From Patescibacteria group bacterium (GTDB taxonomy: Bacteria > Patescibacteriota > Patescibacteriia > UBA1558 > GWA2-36-10): DNA of 64,000 nucleotides. This document shows, one piece after another, positions 19,919 to 28,901 of this stretch (position 1 is its first letter; each line of letters begins with the position of its first letter). Made by a program: the position numbers and the translations under genes. Below the pieces are notes generated by a model. The model was given only the letters and a program-made list of their open reading frames with translations, was not told the origin of the DNA and searched no databases. The stretch lies in contig JBAYIR010000002.1 in the NCBI GenBank assembly GCA_041665505.1, positions 75,602 to 139,601 on the forward strand. Direction: 5' to 3'.

Positions 19919-20668
19919 TTATTTTTTAATATTGTGATTTTCAAAAGCTCTCAGAATCTCTAGTGGTACTGCAAACACAATAGTGTTGGAAGCATCTGAA
20001 GAAATATCATTGATAGATTGCAATGTTCTTAAGTGTAAAGCACCAGTGGAAGCAGACAACATCTGAGCAGCCTTGGCCATGTTTTCGGCTGCTGCTACTT
20101 CTCCTTCGGCTTTGATAATCACTGCTCTCTTCTCGCGCTCAGCTTCAGCTTGTTTGGCAATAGTTCTCTGCATATCTTTTGGTAGCTCAATGTGCTTCAA
20201 ATCAACTGAAGAAACCTTAATACCCCAAGGATCGGTAGCTTGGTCAACAATCTGTTGAATCTTATCAGACACTTGGTCTCTATTGGCCAAGAGTTCATCC
20301 AAGCTGACTGAACCGACTACATCACGCATAGTAGTTTGAGCCAATTGAGAAACTGCGTAGAAAAAATCCTCTACTTCCAAAAAAGCTTTTTCAGCAGAGA
20401 TAACTTTATAATACAAAACCGCGTTGACATTGACCGAGACATTGTCTTTGGTGATAGCATCTTGATCAGGTACATCTACTGCTTTGACCCTAATATCTAC
20501 TTTGTGCATGCTTTGGAAAATTGGCCAAACAATAGTCCAACCAGGTAGTGACGTCTGATGGTAGCGTCCTCTTAAAAATTTGATGCCTCTTTCATACTGA
20601 TTAACTTGACGCACTGAAATCAAAACAATGAATAAAAATAAAATGATTAGAAAAATAATAAACGGCAT
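19919..20668 (-). CDS. SPFH/band-7 domain protein (stomatin/prohibitin-like).
   Basis: An N-terminal TM helix is followed by an SPFH domain (VRQVNQYERGIKFLRGRY...) and a coiled-coil AEAEREKRA tail. Confidence 0.8.
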   Translation of the reverse strand: MPFIIFLIILFLFIVLISVRQVNQYERGIKFLRGRYHQTSLPGWTIVWPIFQSMHKVDIRVKAVDVPDQDAITKDNVSVNVNAVLYYKVISAEKAFLEVEDFFYAVSQLAQTTMRDVVGSVSLDELLANRDQVSDKIQQIVDQATDPWGIKVSSVDLKHIELPKDMQRTIAKQAEAEREKRAVIIKAEGEVAAAENMAKAAQMLSASTGALHLRTLQSINDISSDASNTIVFAVPLEILRAFENHNIKK

Positions 20669-20690
20669 AATTTTATATTTTAATGATTAA

Positions 20691-22091
20691 TTATTTTCTC
20701 TCCGAGAAATCTATCAAACTCTCCAACTCCTCTACTTTTTCCGCTAATAGTTTTTTGGTCTTGGCTTCAATAGTCAAACGAAGCAAGGGTTCAGTATTTG
20801 ATGGTCGGACATTAAACCACCAGTCTGCAAATTCTACTGTAATACCATCCATTTCATCTAAAATATTTTCATGGTAATTATTCCTGATTTTATCCAATTC
20901 CAAATCAATATTTCCCACTGACAAATTTATTTCCTCACTCTTTTCGTAAATATGGAAATCTGCCATAATTTCTGACAAAGCTCGGCCATCCAAAGATACT
21001 GCCTGTAAGGCCAAAAGCATAGCTATAAAACCAGAGTCGGCGTAATAATTTTTAGCAAAAGCAAAATGAGCTGAAACCTCACCACTCATAATACCAGACT
21101 CTTCTCTCATATGACGAGCCATATTGCGATAACCAACTTCACTTCTAATAGTTCTACCTCCCCACTCTTTGACCAAATCTTTGACAGCATGAGAGCAAAT
21201 CAAATTGTAAACTACTCCTGCACCTGGATTTTTGGCTAAAATTGATTTGGCCAATAATAATAGCACCATATCCCCTTTCACAAAATTTCCCTTTTCATCA
21301 ACCAAAAACATCCTGTCACCATCCACATCAAATATCACTCCCAAATCAGCCTTAAGATCCAAAATCTTTTTGGCCAAAATATCATAAGAACCCTTGGTCA
21401 GTGGATTGGGGGCTCGTCCTTTAAAATCACTATCTAGTTCAGCAAAAATATGTACTAGTTCACAAGGTAATTTGCCAAAAATTTGAGGAATCATAATACC
21501 CGTCATTCCTCCACCAGTATCTACTACTACTTTAAGTGGCTTTATTTTTTTGGTGTCTACAAAAGATAATATATGATTTAAATGATCATCAAAAACATCT
21601 TTGCTATTTATTTGACCAAGTGACTCTTCAGCTTTAATAGGGAAATCCAAATCTTGTAGTACTTGGAGTAATTCTTTGCCGTTAATAAATTCAATACTAT
21701 CTTTGTACTCGGTATTTTTAATAGTCATCTTGAAACCACCATATTGTGGTGGATTATGAGAAGCTGTAGCCATAATACCCCCATCATATTTATAATGCCC
21801 CACGGCAAAATAATAATCATTGATAGAAAGCATACCTAGATCTTGGACCCTGACACCATATTTCAAAAATACTTTGACTACTTCATCCATCAAAGGCTGT
21901 GAAGAATGACGATTGTCCCGACAAACTGCCACCTCCAGATTTTTGATATCTTTGCCCAATTTTTTGGCCAAGACACTAAGATAAGACTGAGCTATCAAAG
22001 AAGTTGTTTGCTCATTTAGTTGCGAGGGATAAATACCCCTAATATCATAAGCCTTAAAAATACTAGTATCTATATTTTCTTTATAAGACAT
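20691..22091 (-). CDS. Phosphomannomutase/phosphoglucomutase (alpha-D-phosphohexomutase).
   Basis: The active-site Ser loop TASHNPPQYGGFK and the metal-binding FDVDGDRM are present. Confidence 0.85.
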   Translation of the reverse strand: MSYKENIDTSIFKAYDIRGIYPSQLNEQTTSLIAQSYLSVLAKKLGKDIKNLEVAVCRDNRHSSQPLMDEVVKVFLKYGVRVQDLGMLSINDYYFAVGHYKYDGGIMATASHNPPQYGGFKMTIKNTEYKDSIEFINGKELLQVLQDLDFPIKAEESLGQINSKDVFDDHLNHILSFVDTKKIKPLKVVVDTGGGMTGIMIPQIFGKLPCELVHIFAELDSDFKGRAPNPLTKGSYDILAKKILDLKADLGVIFDVDGDRMFLVDEKGNFVKGDMVLLLLAKSILAKNPGAGVVYNLICSHAVKDLVKEWGGRTIRSEVGYRNMARHMREESGIMSGEVSAHFAFAKNYYADSGFIAMLLALQAVSLDGRALSEIMADFHIYEKSEEINLSVGNIDLELDKIRNNYHENILDEMDGITVEFADWWFNVRPSNTEPLLRLTIEAKTKKLLAEKVEELESLIDFSERK

Positions 22092-22093
22092 AA

Positions 22094-23260
22094 TTAATTT
22101 TCCTCTTTTTTAAATATAAGTATAAATGTTCCCCAAGCCATTATATACAAAACAGTGATAACTAGTGGACCAACAAAAGGAATATATTTTAAGATAATAA
22201 ATAAAAATATACCTAAAGCTAAAATACTTAAGTGTGGCCAATTTTTTTTGGCAAAAAGTTTGTCTTTGACAAATTTACCTATCATCCAAGCTACTAAGAT
22301 AGTAGCTAAATACAAAAGTATCGCCCACAAAATCATAGTAATGATAGCCAAAGGCAAACCAATGACACTAATAGCTACCAAAATAGCGGCGATAGGCGTA
22401 GCTACTAAAAGTAAAAAACCTTTGAGTAATGTTTGAGCTGGTTTTTTGTAAGCCCAGTAATAAGCACTAGAGAAAAATCTAGGCCAAAGACGAAAAGCAA
22501 TCATACCAATTATCAGCATACCAAAAAATTTGACAATTATACCCAAAGCCTTGTCCCTATCCATAATAGGCTTGGCTTCTTTGATAATTTGATTAAAAGC
22601 TAGACCACCGATTTGGGCCTTGTCATTTATATTTAATTTTTGCAAGGCTTGATAATACAAAGTGCCACCAATTTGAGCTTCATCACTAATATCAATAGCT
22701 ACTGCTGGACCATTGGACAAATAAATATCCAAATCTTTGGCTACTTGGCCACTGACTCTGATACTTTCCATAGCACCTTCCACTCGGCCACTGACTTGGC
22801 CAGCAATATTGGCCATCTGTCCCCAAAAACTCAAATGTCCAGCTAGCTTTGTCTCTGGTTCTAATTTTAGATTTTGACCAGCCACCATAGCATTGCCACT
22901 GACCTCAGCACTAATATTTATTTTTTCACCAGCCAAGCGCAGTGAGCCATTTATTTTACCTTTGATGTTGATGTTACTGCCAGCGGCAAAAACATCACCA
23001 TTAATATTTTCCGAATCAATAGTAATCATATCGCCAGCCACAAAAATATCGCCATTGACTGTGCCGTAAATTTCTACCACATTGCCAGCCACATAATAAT
23101 TGCCTTCTTGGATTTCTCCTTTTTCCAAAATAACCATATCGCCACTATGACCAGTCAAAGCCAAAGCTGCCATAGGCACGCTGAAAAATAGAGAAAAAAT
23201 CATTACTTTTATTACATTTTTCATAATCAAAAACTTAATAATTATTATATATAATAACAT
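22094..23260 (-). CDS. Membrane-anchored beta-helix repeat protein (bactofilin/polymer-forming-like repeats).
   Basis: A signal/TM N-terminus is followed by a run of (G/A)x(V/I)xGx(V/I) repeats such as GNVVEIYGTVNGDIFVAGDMITIDSENINGDVFAAG. A C-terminal polytopic membrane domain follows. Confidence 0.4.
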   Translation of the reverse strand: MLLYIIIIKFLIMKNVIKVMIFSLFFSVPMAALALTGHSGDMVILEKGEIQEGNYYVAGNVVEIYGTVNGDIFVAGDMITIDSENINGDVFAAGSNINIKGKINGSLRLAGEKINISAEVSGNAMVAGQNLKLEPETKLAGHLSFWGQMANIAGQVSGRVEGAMESIRVSGQVAKDLDIYLSNGPAVAIDISDEAQIGGTLYYQALQKLNINDKAQIGGLAFNQIIKEAKPIMDRDKALGIIVKFFGMLIIGMIAFRLWPRFFSSAYYWAYKKPAQTLLKGFLLLVATPIAAILVAISVIGLPLAIITMILWAILLYLATILVAWMIGKFVKDKLFAKKNWPHLSILALGIFLFIILKYIPFVGPLVITVLYIMAWGTFILIFKKEEN

Positions 23261-23339
23261 AAAAAGCCGTAAAAATACAACAAAAACCCCGCCACCAACT
23301 AAAGCCGACTGTGCCAGAAAATTAGCTCTTTTAAGCTGC

Positions 23340-23378
23340 TTTTCTGCAAATTGCCCCTTCGTAGCTATGGTGATATAA
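23340..23378 (+). promoter_or_regulatory. Candidate promoter for the small-ORF block.
   Basis: TTGCCC, a 17-nt spacer, then TATAAT, with an extended -10 TGATATAAT. It lies about 80 nt upstream of the ORF starting at 23457. Confidence 0.45.
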
Positions 23379-23456
23379 TTTTATTATAGTTAAATGGTCA
23401 ACTTCTTATACGCTGTCCTGTTATGACGAAATTATTAAACTTTTAATTATAATTTT

Positions 23457-23741
23457 ATGTTAAAGTCAGAAGAAATTTACAAAAATCTTACCCGCAAAGA
23501 AGCAATGTTGGCGTATACATTTTGGCAGTTTTTAATTCCTAAACTATGGATTTTACTGATAGTTATAGCAAAAATATCATATTCTTTTGGAGATGGCACA
23601 ATTAACACATTATTATTTGTAATTGTTATTGCTGGTCTATATTTTTGGTATTTTATGACTGTAAGATCTCATGTAGCAATAAAAATTGCCAAAAAATTAG
23701 AGGAAGAGGAAAACAACAAAAAGTTTAATAACATCGCCTAA
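23457..23741 (+). CDS. Small two-TM membrane protein, hypothetical.
   Basis: 94 aa with two hydrophobic helices (WILLIVIAKISY; LLFVIVIAGLYFWYFM). Confidence 0.4.
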   Translation: MLKSEEIYKNLTRKEAMLAYTFWQFLIPKLWILLIVIAKISYSFGDGTINTLLFVIVIAGLYFWYFMTVRSHVAIKIAKKLEEEENNKKFNNIA

Positions 23742-23768
23742 CACCGGATATCCGAGGAGCGAGCTAGA
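23742..23768. repeat. GC-rich palindromic spacer element E1 (inverted-repeat arm A).
   Basis: Sequence CACCGGATATCCGAGGAGCGAGCTA. It contains the 10-nt palindrome CGGATATCCG and is inverted relative to 24410-24431. Confidence 0.7.
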
Positions 23769-23791
23769 ATAGATTTAATAAAATAATATAA

Positions 23792-24403
23792 ATGAAACAA
23801 AAAACTACAACAACTAAAGATGCTGTAGAATTAATGAATGAAATAAAGCAATCTTTGCATGACGATATTCTTACTGCATTAGACATATATAGTAAAACTG
23901 GAACTGGATTTTTTGCCATACCAAGACTTATATTTCCAGAGATAGATAACCTTGGGGCATATATGGCTGGAACAACAAAAAATAGCCCCAAAAATGCCAT
24001 CGCCTTTATAAAAAAATATTACGCGATAATTAATCCTGAATATACTAAAAAGGGAGCACTAATTTACTTTATTTATAGACACGGATTAATGCATCAACAC
24101 GTGCCTAAATTTGTTTCATATCGCAAAAAAAATATTGGCTGGCAAATATCTCTAACGATGGAAAATACTAAATCTACCCATTTAATGCTGATGGATAAAA
24201 CTATAATATTAGAAGGCAGACAACTATATACTGACACTATTTTTGCAATAGATGAATATATTAAAGATTTGCAATCTGATAAAAAAGTTTTGAATAATTT
24301 AATTATTGCGCATCAAATGATGATGTCTCCAATAAATAAAACTGCACTACTAAAAAATTATAAAAATTACATAAAACAAGCTGATCTAAATTTCTTAAAA
24401 TAA
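23792..24403 (+). CDS. Hypothetical protein with a candidate HEPN-like Rx4H motif.
   Basis: 203 aa with no confident family. RHGLMH is an R-x4-H pattern like the HEPN catalytic motif, but this is weak. The ORF is bracketed by inverted repeats A/A'. Confidence 0.4.
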   Translation: MKQKTTTTKDAVELMNEIKQSLHDDILTALDIYSKTGTGFFAIPRLIFPEIDNLGAYMAGTTKNSPKNAIAFIKKYYAIINPEYTKKGALIYFIYRHGLMHQHVPKFVSYRKKNIGWQISLTMENTKSTHLMLMDKTIILEGRQLYTDTIFAIDEYIKDLQSDKKVLNNLIIAHQMMMSPINKTALLKNYKNYIKQADLNFLK

Positions 24404-24409
24404 CTTTCT

Positions 24410-24458
24410 TAGCTCGGGACGTCGGATATCCCCGTCTGTTGTACGCAATTACGATAAT
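24410..24458. repeat. Spacer element E2 carrying IR arm A' and IR arm B.
   Basis: TAGCTCGGGACGTCGGATATCC (24410-24431) is the inverted arm of E1. GTTGTACGCAATTACGATAAT (24438-24458) is inverted relative to 24752-24772 at 18 of 21 positions. Confidence 0.7.
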
Positions 24459-24475
24459 CAATAATAGTATAAATT

Positions 24476-24739
24476 ATGTCATCAATAAAAGATATTTTAG
24501 GTCCATGGGAAGATCCAAATTTTGATAGTAGCCTAATAGAGAGATGTAGAAATGCTTGGGAAAAAGAACTTGATTTACTTACTAATGAAGAAATGGCTAC
24601 TTTTTTAAGACAAAATATTGCGGCTTCAAATATATTACCTCTCGCTAAAAAGAGAATCGCTGAAAAATATGATGACAATACAGAAATGTATGACGGAGAA
24701 CTACAAGAAGCTATTGAAAAATATAAAGAAAACAGATAA
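24476..24739 (+). CDS. Small acidic hypothetical protein.
   Basis: 87 aa, bracketed by inverted repeats B/B'. Composition is immunity/adaptor-like but no family could be assigned. Confidence 0.4.
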   Translation: MSSIKDILGPWEDPNFDSSLIERCRNAWEKELDLLTNEEMATFLRQNIAASNILPLAKKRIAEKYDDNTEMYDGELQEAIEKYKENR

Positions 24740-24751
24740 CCAAATACATTA

Positions 24752-24786
24752 ATTATCGTAACTACGCACAACACCGCGTATGCGGT
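24752..24786. repeat. Spacer element E3 carrying IR arm B' plus a palindrome.
   Basis: ATTATCGTAACTACGCACAAC is followed by the near-perfect palindrome ACCGCGTATGCGGT. Confidence 0.65.
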
Positions 24787-24812
24787 TCATGAGTTAAATT
24801 AAATTATTTTTT

Positions 24813-25259
24813 ATGAGTTATTACACAGCAACTGCCGAAAAATTTGAAGAGGCTAAAAAAATAGAGAATTATTACGTCACTATGAGTGGAGATTATGGTG
24901 GTGATCATTACTTATGCTGTCCAACTAAAAATATCAAATGTGATTTTAAAACATTACAAAATTTATTACTTGAAATTGATATTTGGGATAAAGAGGGTGT
25001 AGAGCTAAATTTTATTGAGATAAAACCTAGTAATTCTTGGCTAACTACTGGTGAAGGTGGCGGAGATTGCCTTTGGTTAGGAAGAAGGCTTGAGAAAAAA
25101 CGTAAAAGAATACAGGGAATCTTAAATGGTAAACGTAAAAATATTGGAACAAATTTAACAGATGTTTTAAAATTTATAGTAAAACTACCTATATTTATTA
25201 TAATGTTTTTACGCATACTTAATGCTTTAAACAAAAGAGATAAGGAAGAAAAAAAATAA
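24813..25259 (+). CDS. Hypothetical protein with a C-terminal TM helix.
   Basis: 148 aa with a Cys-containing N-terminal domain, a GEGGGD loop, and a basic tract followed by a hydrophobic helix. Confidence 0.4.
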   Translation: MSYYTATAEKFEEAKKIENYYVTMSGDYGGDHYLCCPTKNIKCDFKTLQNLLLEIDIWDKEGVELNFIEIKPSNSWLTTGEGGGDCLWLGRRLEKKRKRIQGILNGKRKNIGTNLTDVLKFIVKLPIFIIMFLRILNALNKRDKEEKK

Positions 25260-25370
25260 TTTAATTTTACACTCGCTCACCCAAACCCTTTCGACTCCCC
25301 TTCGGCTTCGCTCAGGGTCGCTCAGACTCGAGGAGCAGGCCGGCAACACTGGATATGAGGCAAAATTATG
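25260..25370. repeat. Large GC-rich modular spacer element E4.
   Basis: It contains CGACTCC, CTTCGCTCAGG (whose reverse complement occurs at 36494-36504), a triple CGCTCA, CTCGAGGAGC, and ACACTGGATATGAGG, which resembles E1. Confidence 0.7.
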
Positions 25371-25398
25371 ATAATTAATAACAATATAAATAAACAAT

Positions 25399-25932
25399 AT
25401 GAAAAATAAAACATTTATTCCCATATTTATTTTAGTGGCTATTGTCTTAGCTAATCAGATTGTTCATGCTGTTCCTGCTGTACCTGGACCTACGTGTGAA
25501 ATAACTGCAATAATTTCTAGTCTCGAAAAAAATATAGCAAACACAGAAGAACAAGGACAAAACTCCAGAACAAATTTTGATTATTACAAAATAAATTTAG
25601 ATATTCTTAGTATTTCCACATACCAACAGCGAGATGGTCTTTCTTGTGATAGTTTTGATATAGAACAAATTGAACAATCTGGCCAAAAACTTAGTTTAGA
25701 AGAGTACAACAACAATCCAATCTTAATTGGACAAAAAATCAAAGCAAAAATGAGTTTCGGTGGAGATGAACGGTTCAACGGTTATTTTTTATCAGAAATA
25801 CAAATCTTAGAAAATACGACTACCACACAAAATCCAAAAGACAACGAATCAAGCTATTGGTATTTTGTCATCCCTGTAATTACACTTTCATTGAGTATCA
25901 TTTTATACATATTATTTAGAAAAAAAAATTAA
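25399..25932 (+). CDS. Secreted protein with a C-terminal membrane anchor.
   Basis: The N-terminal signal peptide is MKNKTFIPIFILVAIVLANQIVHA and the C-terminal TM is YWYFVIPVITLSLSIILYILF. Confidence 0.45.
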   Translation: MKNKTFIPIFILVAIVLANQIVHAVPAVPGPTCEITAIISSLEKNIANTEEQGQNSRTNFDYYKINLDILSISTYQQRDGLSCDSFDIEQIEQSGQKLSLEEYNNNPILIGQKIKAKMSFGGDERFNGYFLSEIQILENTTTTQNPKDNESSYWYFVIPVITLSLSIILYILFRKKN

Positions 25933-25941
25933 AAAAACATT

Positions 25942-26754
25942 ATGCCAAAACTTAAAATATTATTACTCTTTAGTTTTATCTTCATTCTATCTGCTTGCAC
26001 ATTACCAGGATTCAAAAAAACTCCAGACCAAAATACCAATCAAAATACCAACCAAGTTGTAAATACCAATGACTCAGATGACAATGAATATAATCAAGAT
26101 AGCTGGCAATCTTTAATTGCCAAAAACTGCTTGAGTTTCAATGATGGCTGCAATGACTGTTTTCGTAGCGAAGCGGGAGCTACTGCTGCTTGTACCAAAA
26201 AAGCTTGTGCTGTTTACCAAAAGCCATATTGTCTAGACAATGAAGATGATGAAGTAGGGGCTAATCAGCTAGAACAGCTAGTTGAGCTAGGAACTGAATT
26301 TACTCTACACAAAAATGAATCAGCTATAGTCCAAAATATCGGCTACAAAATAACTATCACTAATTTTTTTAACTCCCCTTGTCCTGAAGGTGCTCAATGT
26401 TTGTGGTCCGGAATAGGTATAGCGCTACAACATAGCTTGAAAGGTGAAATCAAAGAAGGTATTGATATGACCGAAGCTTTTGGCTACAGCACAACTATCA
26501 TTGATACTGACTACCAAACTTTTGCCAAGCTCAAAATCCAAGTATCAACAAATACCAACGACTTGAGTGCTTGTCAAACTGCTAGTGACTGCGTAGCTGC
26601 TACTTGCTGTCACCCGACTAGCCTAGTCAACAAAAAATACGCTCCTGACTGCGCGGCTATATCTTGTGATATGAGCTGCCAAGTACCACTAGATTGTGGA
26701 GCTGCCAAAATAGCTTGTGAAAATAATAAATGTACAATAGTATCGGCTGAATAA
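25942..26754 (+). CDS. Lipoprotein with a Cys-rich C-terminal domain.
   Basis: The lipobox is FILSA|C. An NQNTNQNTNQ low-complexity linker is followed by more than 14 cysteines in the mature domain. Confidence 0.5.
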   Translation: MPKLKILLLFSFIFILSACTLPGFKKTPDQNTNQNTNQVVNTNDSDDNEYNQDSWQSLIAKNCLSFNDGCNDCFRSEAGATAACTKKACAVYQKPYCLDNEDDEVGANQLEQLVELGTEFTLHKNESAIVQNIGYKITITNFFNSPCPEGAQCLWSGIGIALQHSLKGEIKEGIDMTEAFGYSTTIIDTDYQTFAKLKIQVSTNTNDLSACQTASDCVAATCCHPTSLVNKKYAPDCAAISCDMSCQVPLDCGAAKIACENNKCTIVSAE

Positions 26755-26769
26755 ATATATGGAATACAT

Positions 26770-27411
26770 ATGATAAAAGGAATTATATTTGATATGGATG
26801 GAGTAATTTCAGACACTCAAAAATTACATTCACAAGTAGAAACGGAATTGCTGAGTAGATATGGAATTAAAATAACTCCATCAGAGATTACAGCAAAATA
26901 TGCTGGAGTTAGGACAAGAGAATTTTTTGATGATTTATTAAAAAAACAAAAACGAGAATATGATTTGGATTTGTTGATGGAAGAAAAATGGTCACAAATG
27001 GCAAAGTTTGCTTCAGAATCAGTTGATGCTATTGAAGGTTCTGTTGATCTAATTAAGAGATTATCTATAGCCAATTATCCTTTAGCAGTTGCCTCTGCCT
27101 CAAATTTAAACTATGTCCGCACTGTTTTAAAAACACTGGGTGTTATGGACCATTTTGCATATATTGTTAGCGGAGATATGGTTTCAAAAGGCAAACCAAA
27201 TCCAGAAAGCTTTTTGTTGGCATCATCAAAAATTGGAGTTCCTCCCGAATATTGCCTAGTTATTGAAGATGGAGTTAGTGGAATGCAAGCAGCAAAGACT
27301 GGTGGAATGAAATGTGTTGGATTAGTAAAAGATCTCAATAAAACATACCCCACAAAAAGTTTAGTAACTTCACTATCTGAAATTACTCAAGATTATATAA
27401 ATCAAATATAA
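26770..27411 (+). CDS. HAD-superfamily hydrolase, beta-phosphoglucomutase-like subfamily.
   Basis: HAD motif I is IIFDMDGVISDT. Downstream motifs include K...EDGVSG. Confidence 0.8.
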   Translation: MIKGIIFDMDGVISDTQKLHSQVETELLSRYGIKITPSEITAKYAGVRTREFFDDLLKKQKREYDLDLLMEEKWSQMAKFASESVDAIEGSVDLIKRLSIANYPLAVASASNLNYVRTVLKTLGVMDHFAYIVSGDMVSKGKPNPESFLLASSKIGVPPEYCLVIEDGVSGMQAAKTGGMKCVGLVKDLNKTYPTKSLVTSLSEITQDYINQI

Positions 27412-27443
27412 TTAAGAACGGTCAAAAAATAACATAAATATCT

Positions 27444-28832
27444 ATGAATGAATTAGAAACAATCAGCCCTCTAGATGGTAGATATGGCCAACAAACTAAA
27501 GCTTTGGCAAATATTTTTAGTGAACAAGCTTTGATGAAATATAGGCTAATAGTAGAAGTAGAATATCTAATAGCCTTGTCAGAAAATTCTGCTACTGATT
27601 GTCGAAAATTTTCTAAAGAGGAAATAGTTTTATTAAAAAAACTCTGCCAACTCTCTTTAGAAGACGCTAAAATTATTAAAGCCATTGAAACTGATGGCTA
27701 CGAAAATATACCCGCCACCAATCATGATCTTAAAGCTATTGAATATTTTATCAAAATCCAGCTAAAAAATAACTCCTTAAAAGATTCATTGGAGTGGGTG
27801 CATTTTGCTCTGACCTCTGAAGATACAAACAATATAGCCTATAGTCTGATGCTCGCAGATAGTATAGAAAATATTATCTTGCCGACCATAGAAAAATTAC
27901 AACAAGTATTAGAAGAGCTAGCTCAAAAATATAAGTCTACCCCAATGCTAGCTAGAACTCATGGCCAAGCAGCTTCACCAACTACTTTGGGCAAGGAATT
28001 TAAAGTCTTTAGCCAAAGACTAGATAGACAATTAGTACAACTAAGAAACACTGTCATTCTGGCTAAACTAAATGGAGCTACAGGTAATTATAATGCTCAT
28101 TATTTGGCCTATCCAAAAATCAACTGGCCAGAATTTACAAAAGAATTTATAGAAAAATTTAACAAAGAAAGAAAAATCAAATTAAAGCCAAATCTTATCA
28201 CTACTCAAATTGAATCGCATGATTCCTATATTGAGCTCTTTGATAATTTGCGTAGAATAAATACTATACTACTTGATACTAATCAAGATATGTGGAGATA
28301 TATCAGTGATGGATATCTCAGCCAAAAAATTGTCAGTGGAGAAGTCGGCTCTTCCACTATGCCACACAAAATAAATCCAATAGACTTTGAAAACAGTGAA
28401 GGAAATCTGGGTCTAGCCAATGCTCTTTTTACTTATTTTGCCACTAAGTTGCCTATCTCTAGACTGCAGAGAGATTTGTCAGATTCCACAGTAGAGAGAA
28501 ATTTTGGTGTGGCTTTTTCTCATAGCTTGATTGGCTATAAATCACTACTCAAAGGTCTAGGTAAAATAACTGTCAATGAAAAAATAATTATTGAAGAACT
28601 AGAAAGACATCCAGAAGTTATTTCTGAAGCCACTCAGACCATACTAAGACGTGAAGGGATAAATATGCCTTATGAAAAATTGAAAGAACTAAGCCGAGGA
28701 AATAAAACTACTATGGATGATTTTAGAAAATTTATTGACGACTTGGATATCTCTGATGAAATTAAAAAAGAATTGCATGAGCTCAGTCCAAAAAACTATC
28801 TAGGTATTGCCGAGCTCTTGGCTGATTACTAA
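27444..28832 (+). CDS. purB: Adenylosuccinate lyase.
   Basis: SPLDGRYGQQTKAL is the typical N-terminus. The fumarate-lyase signature region GSSTMPHKINPIDFEN is present. Confidence 0.9.
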   Translation: MNELETISPLDGRYGQQTKALANIFSEQALMKYRLIVEVEYLIALSENSATDCRKFSKEEIVLLKKLCQLSLEDAKIIKAIETDGYENIPATNHDLKAIEYFIKIQLKNNSLKDSLEWVHFALTSEDTNNIAYSLMLADSIENIILPTIEKLQQVLEELAQKYKSTPMLARTHGQAASPTTLGKEFKVFSQRLDRQLVQLRNTVILAKLNGATGNYNAHYLAYPKINWPEFTKEFIEKFNKERKIKLKPNLITTQIESHDSYIELFDNLRRINTILLDTNQDMWRYISDGYLSQKIVSGEVGSSTMPHKINPIDFENSEGNLGLANALFTYFATKLPISRLQRDLSDSTVERNFGVAFSHSLIGYKSLLKGLGKITVNEKIIIEELERHPEVISEATQTILRREGINMPYEKLKELSRGNKTTMDDFRKFIDDLDISDEIKKELHELSPKNYLGIAELLADY

Positions 28833-28901
28833 AATTTTCCTTTCCCCGTAAAAATAAGGTATAATTTAGCTAATAATTGACAATTAGCTAAATTTTAAAT
28901 T

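Noticed and set aside
23700-25400. Classical integron attC sites (R''-L''...L'-R' with GTTRRRY cores) in the spacer elements.
   Set aside because: The closest core-like strings (GTTGTAC, GTTGTGC) do not fit GTTRRRY, and the IR arms bracket ORFs rather than sitting as single units downstream of them. No intI is present. The region is therefore reported as cassette- or inverton-like, not as an integron.
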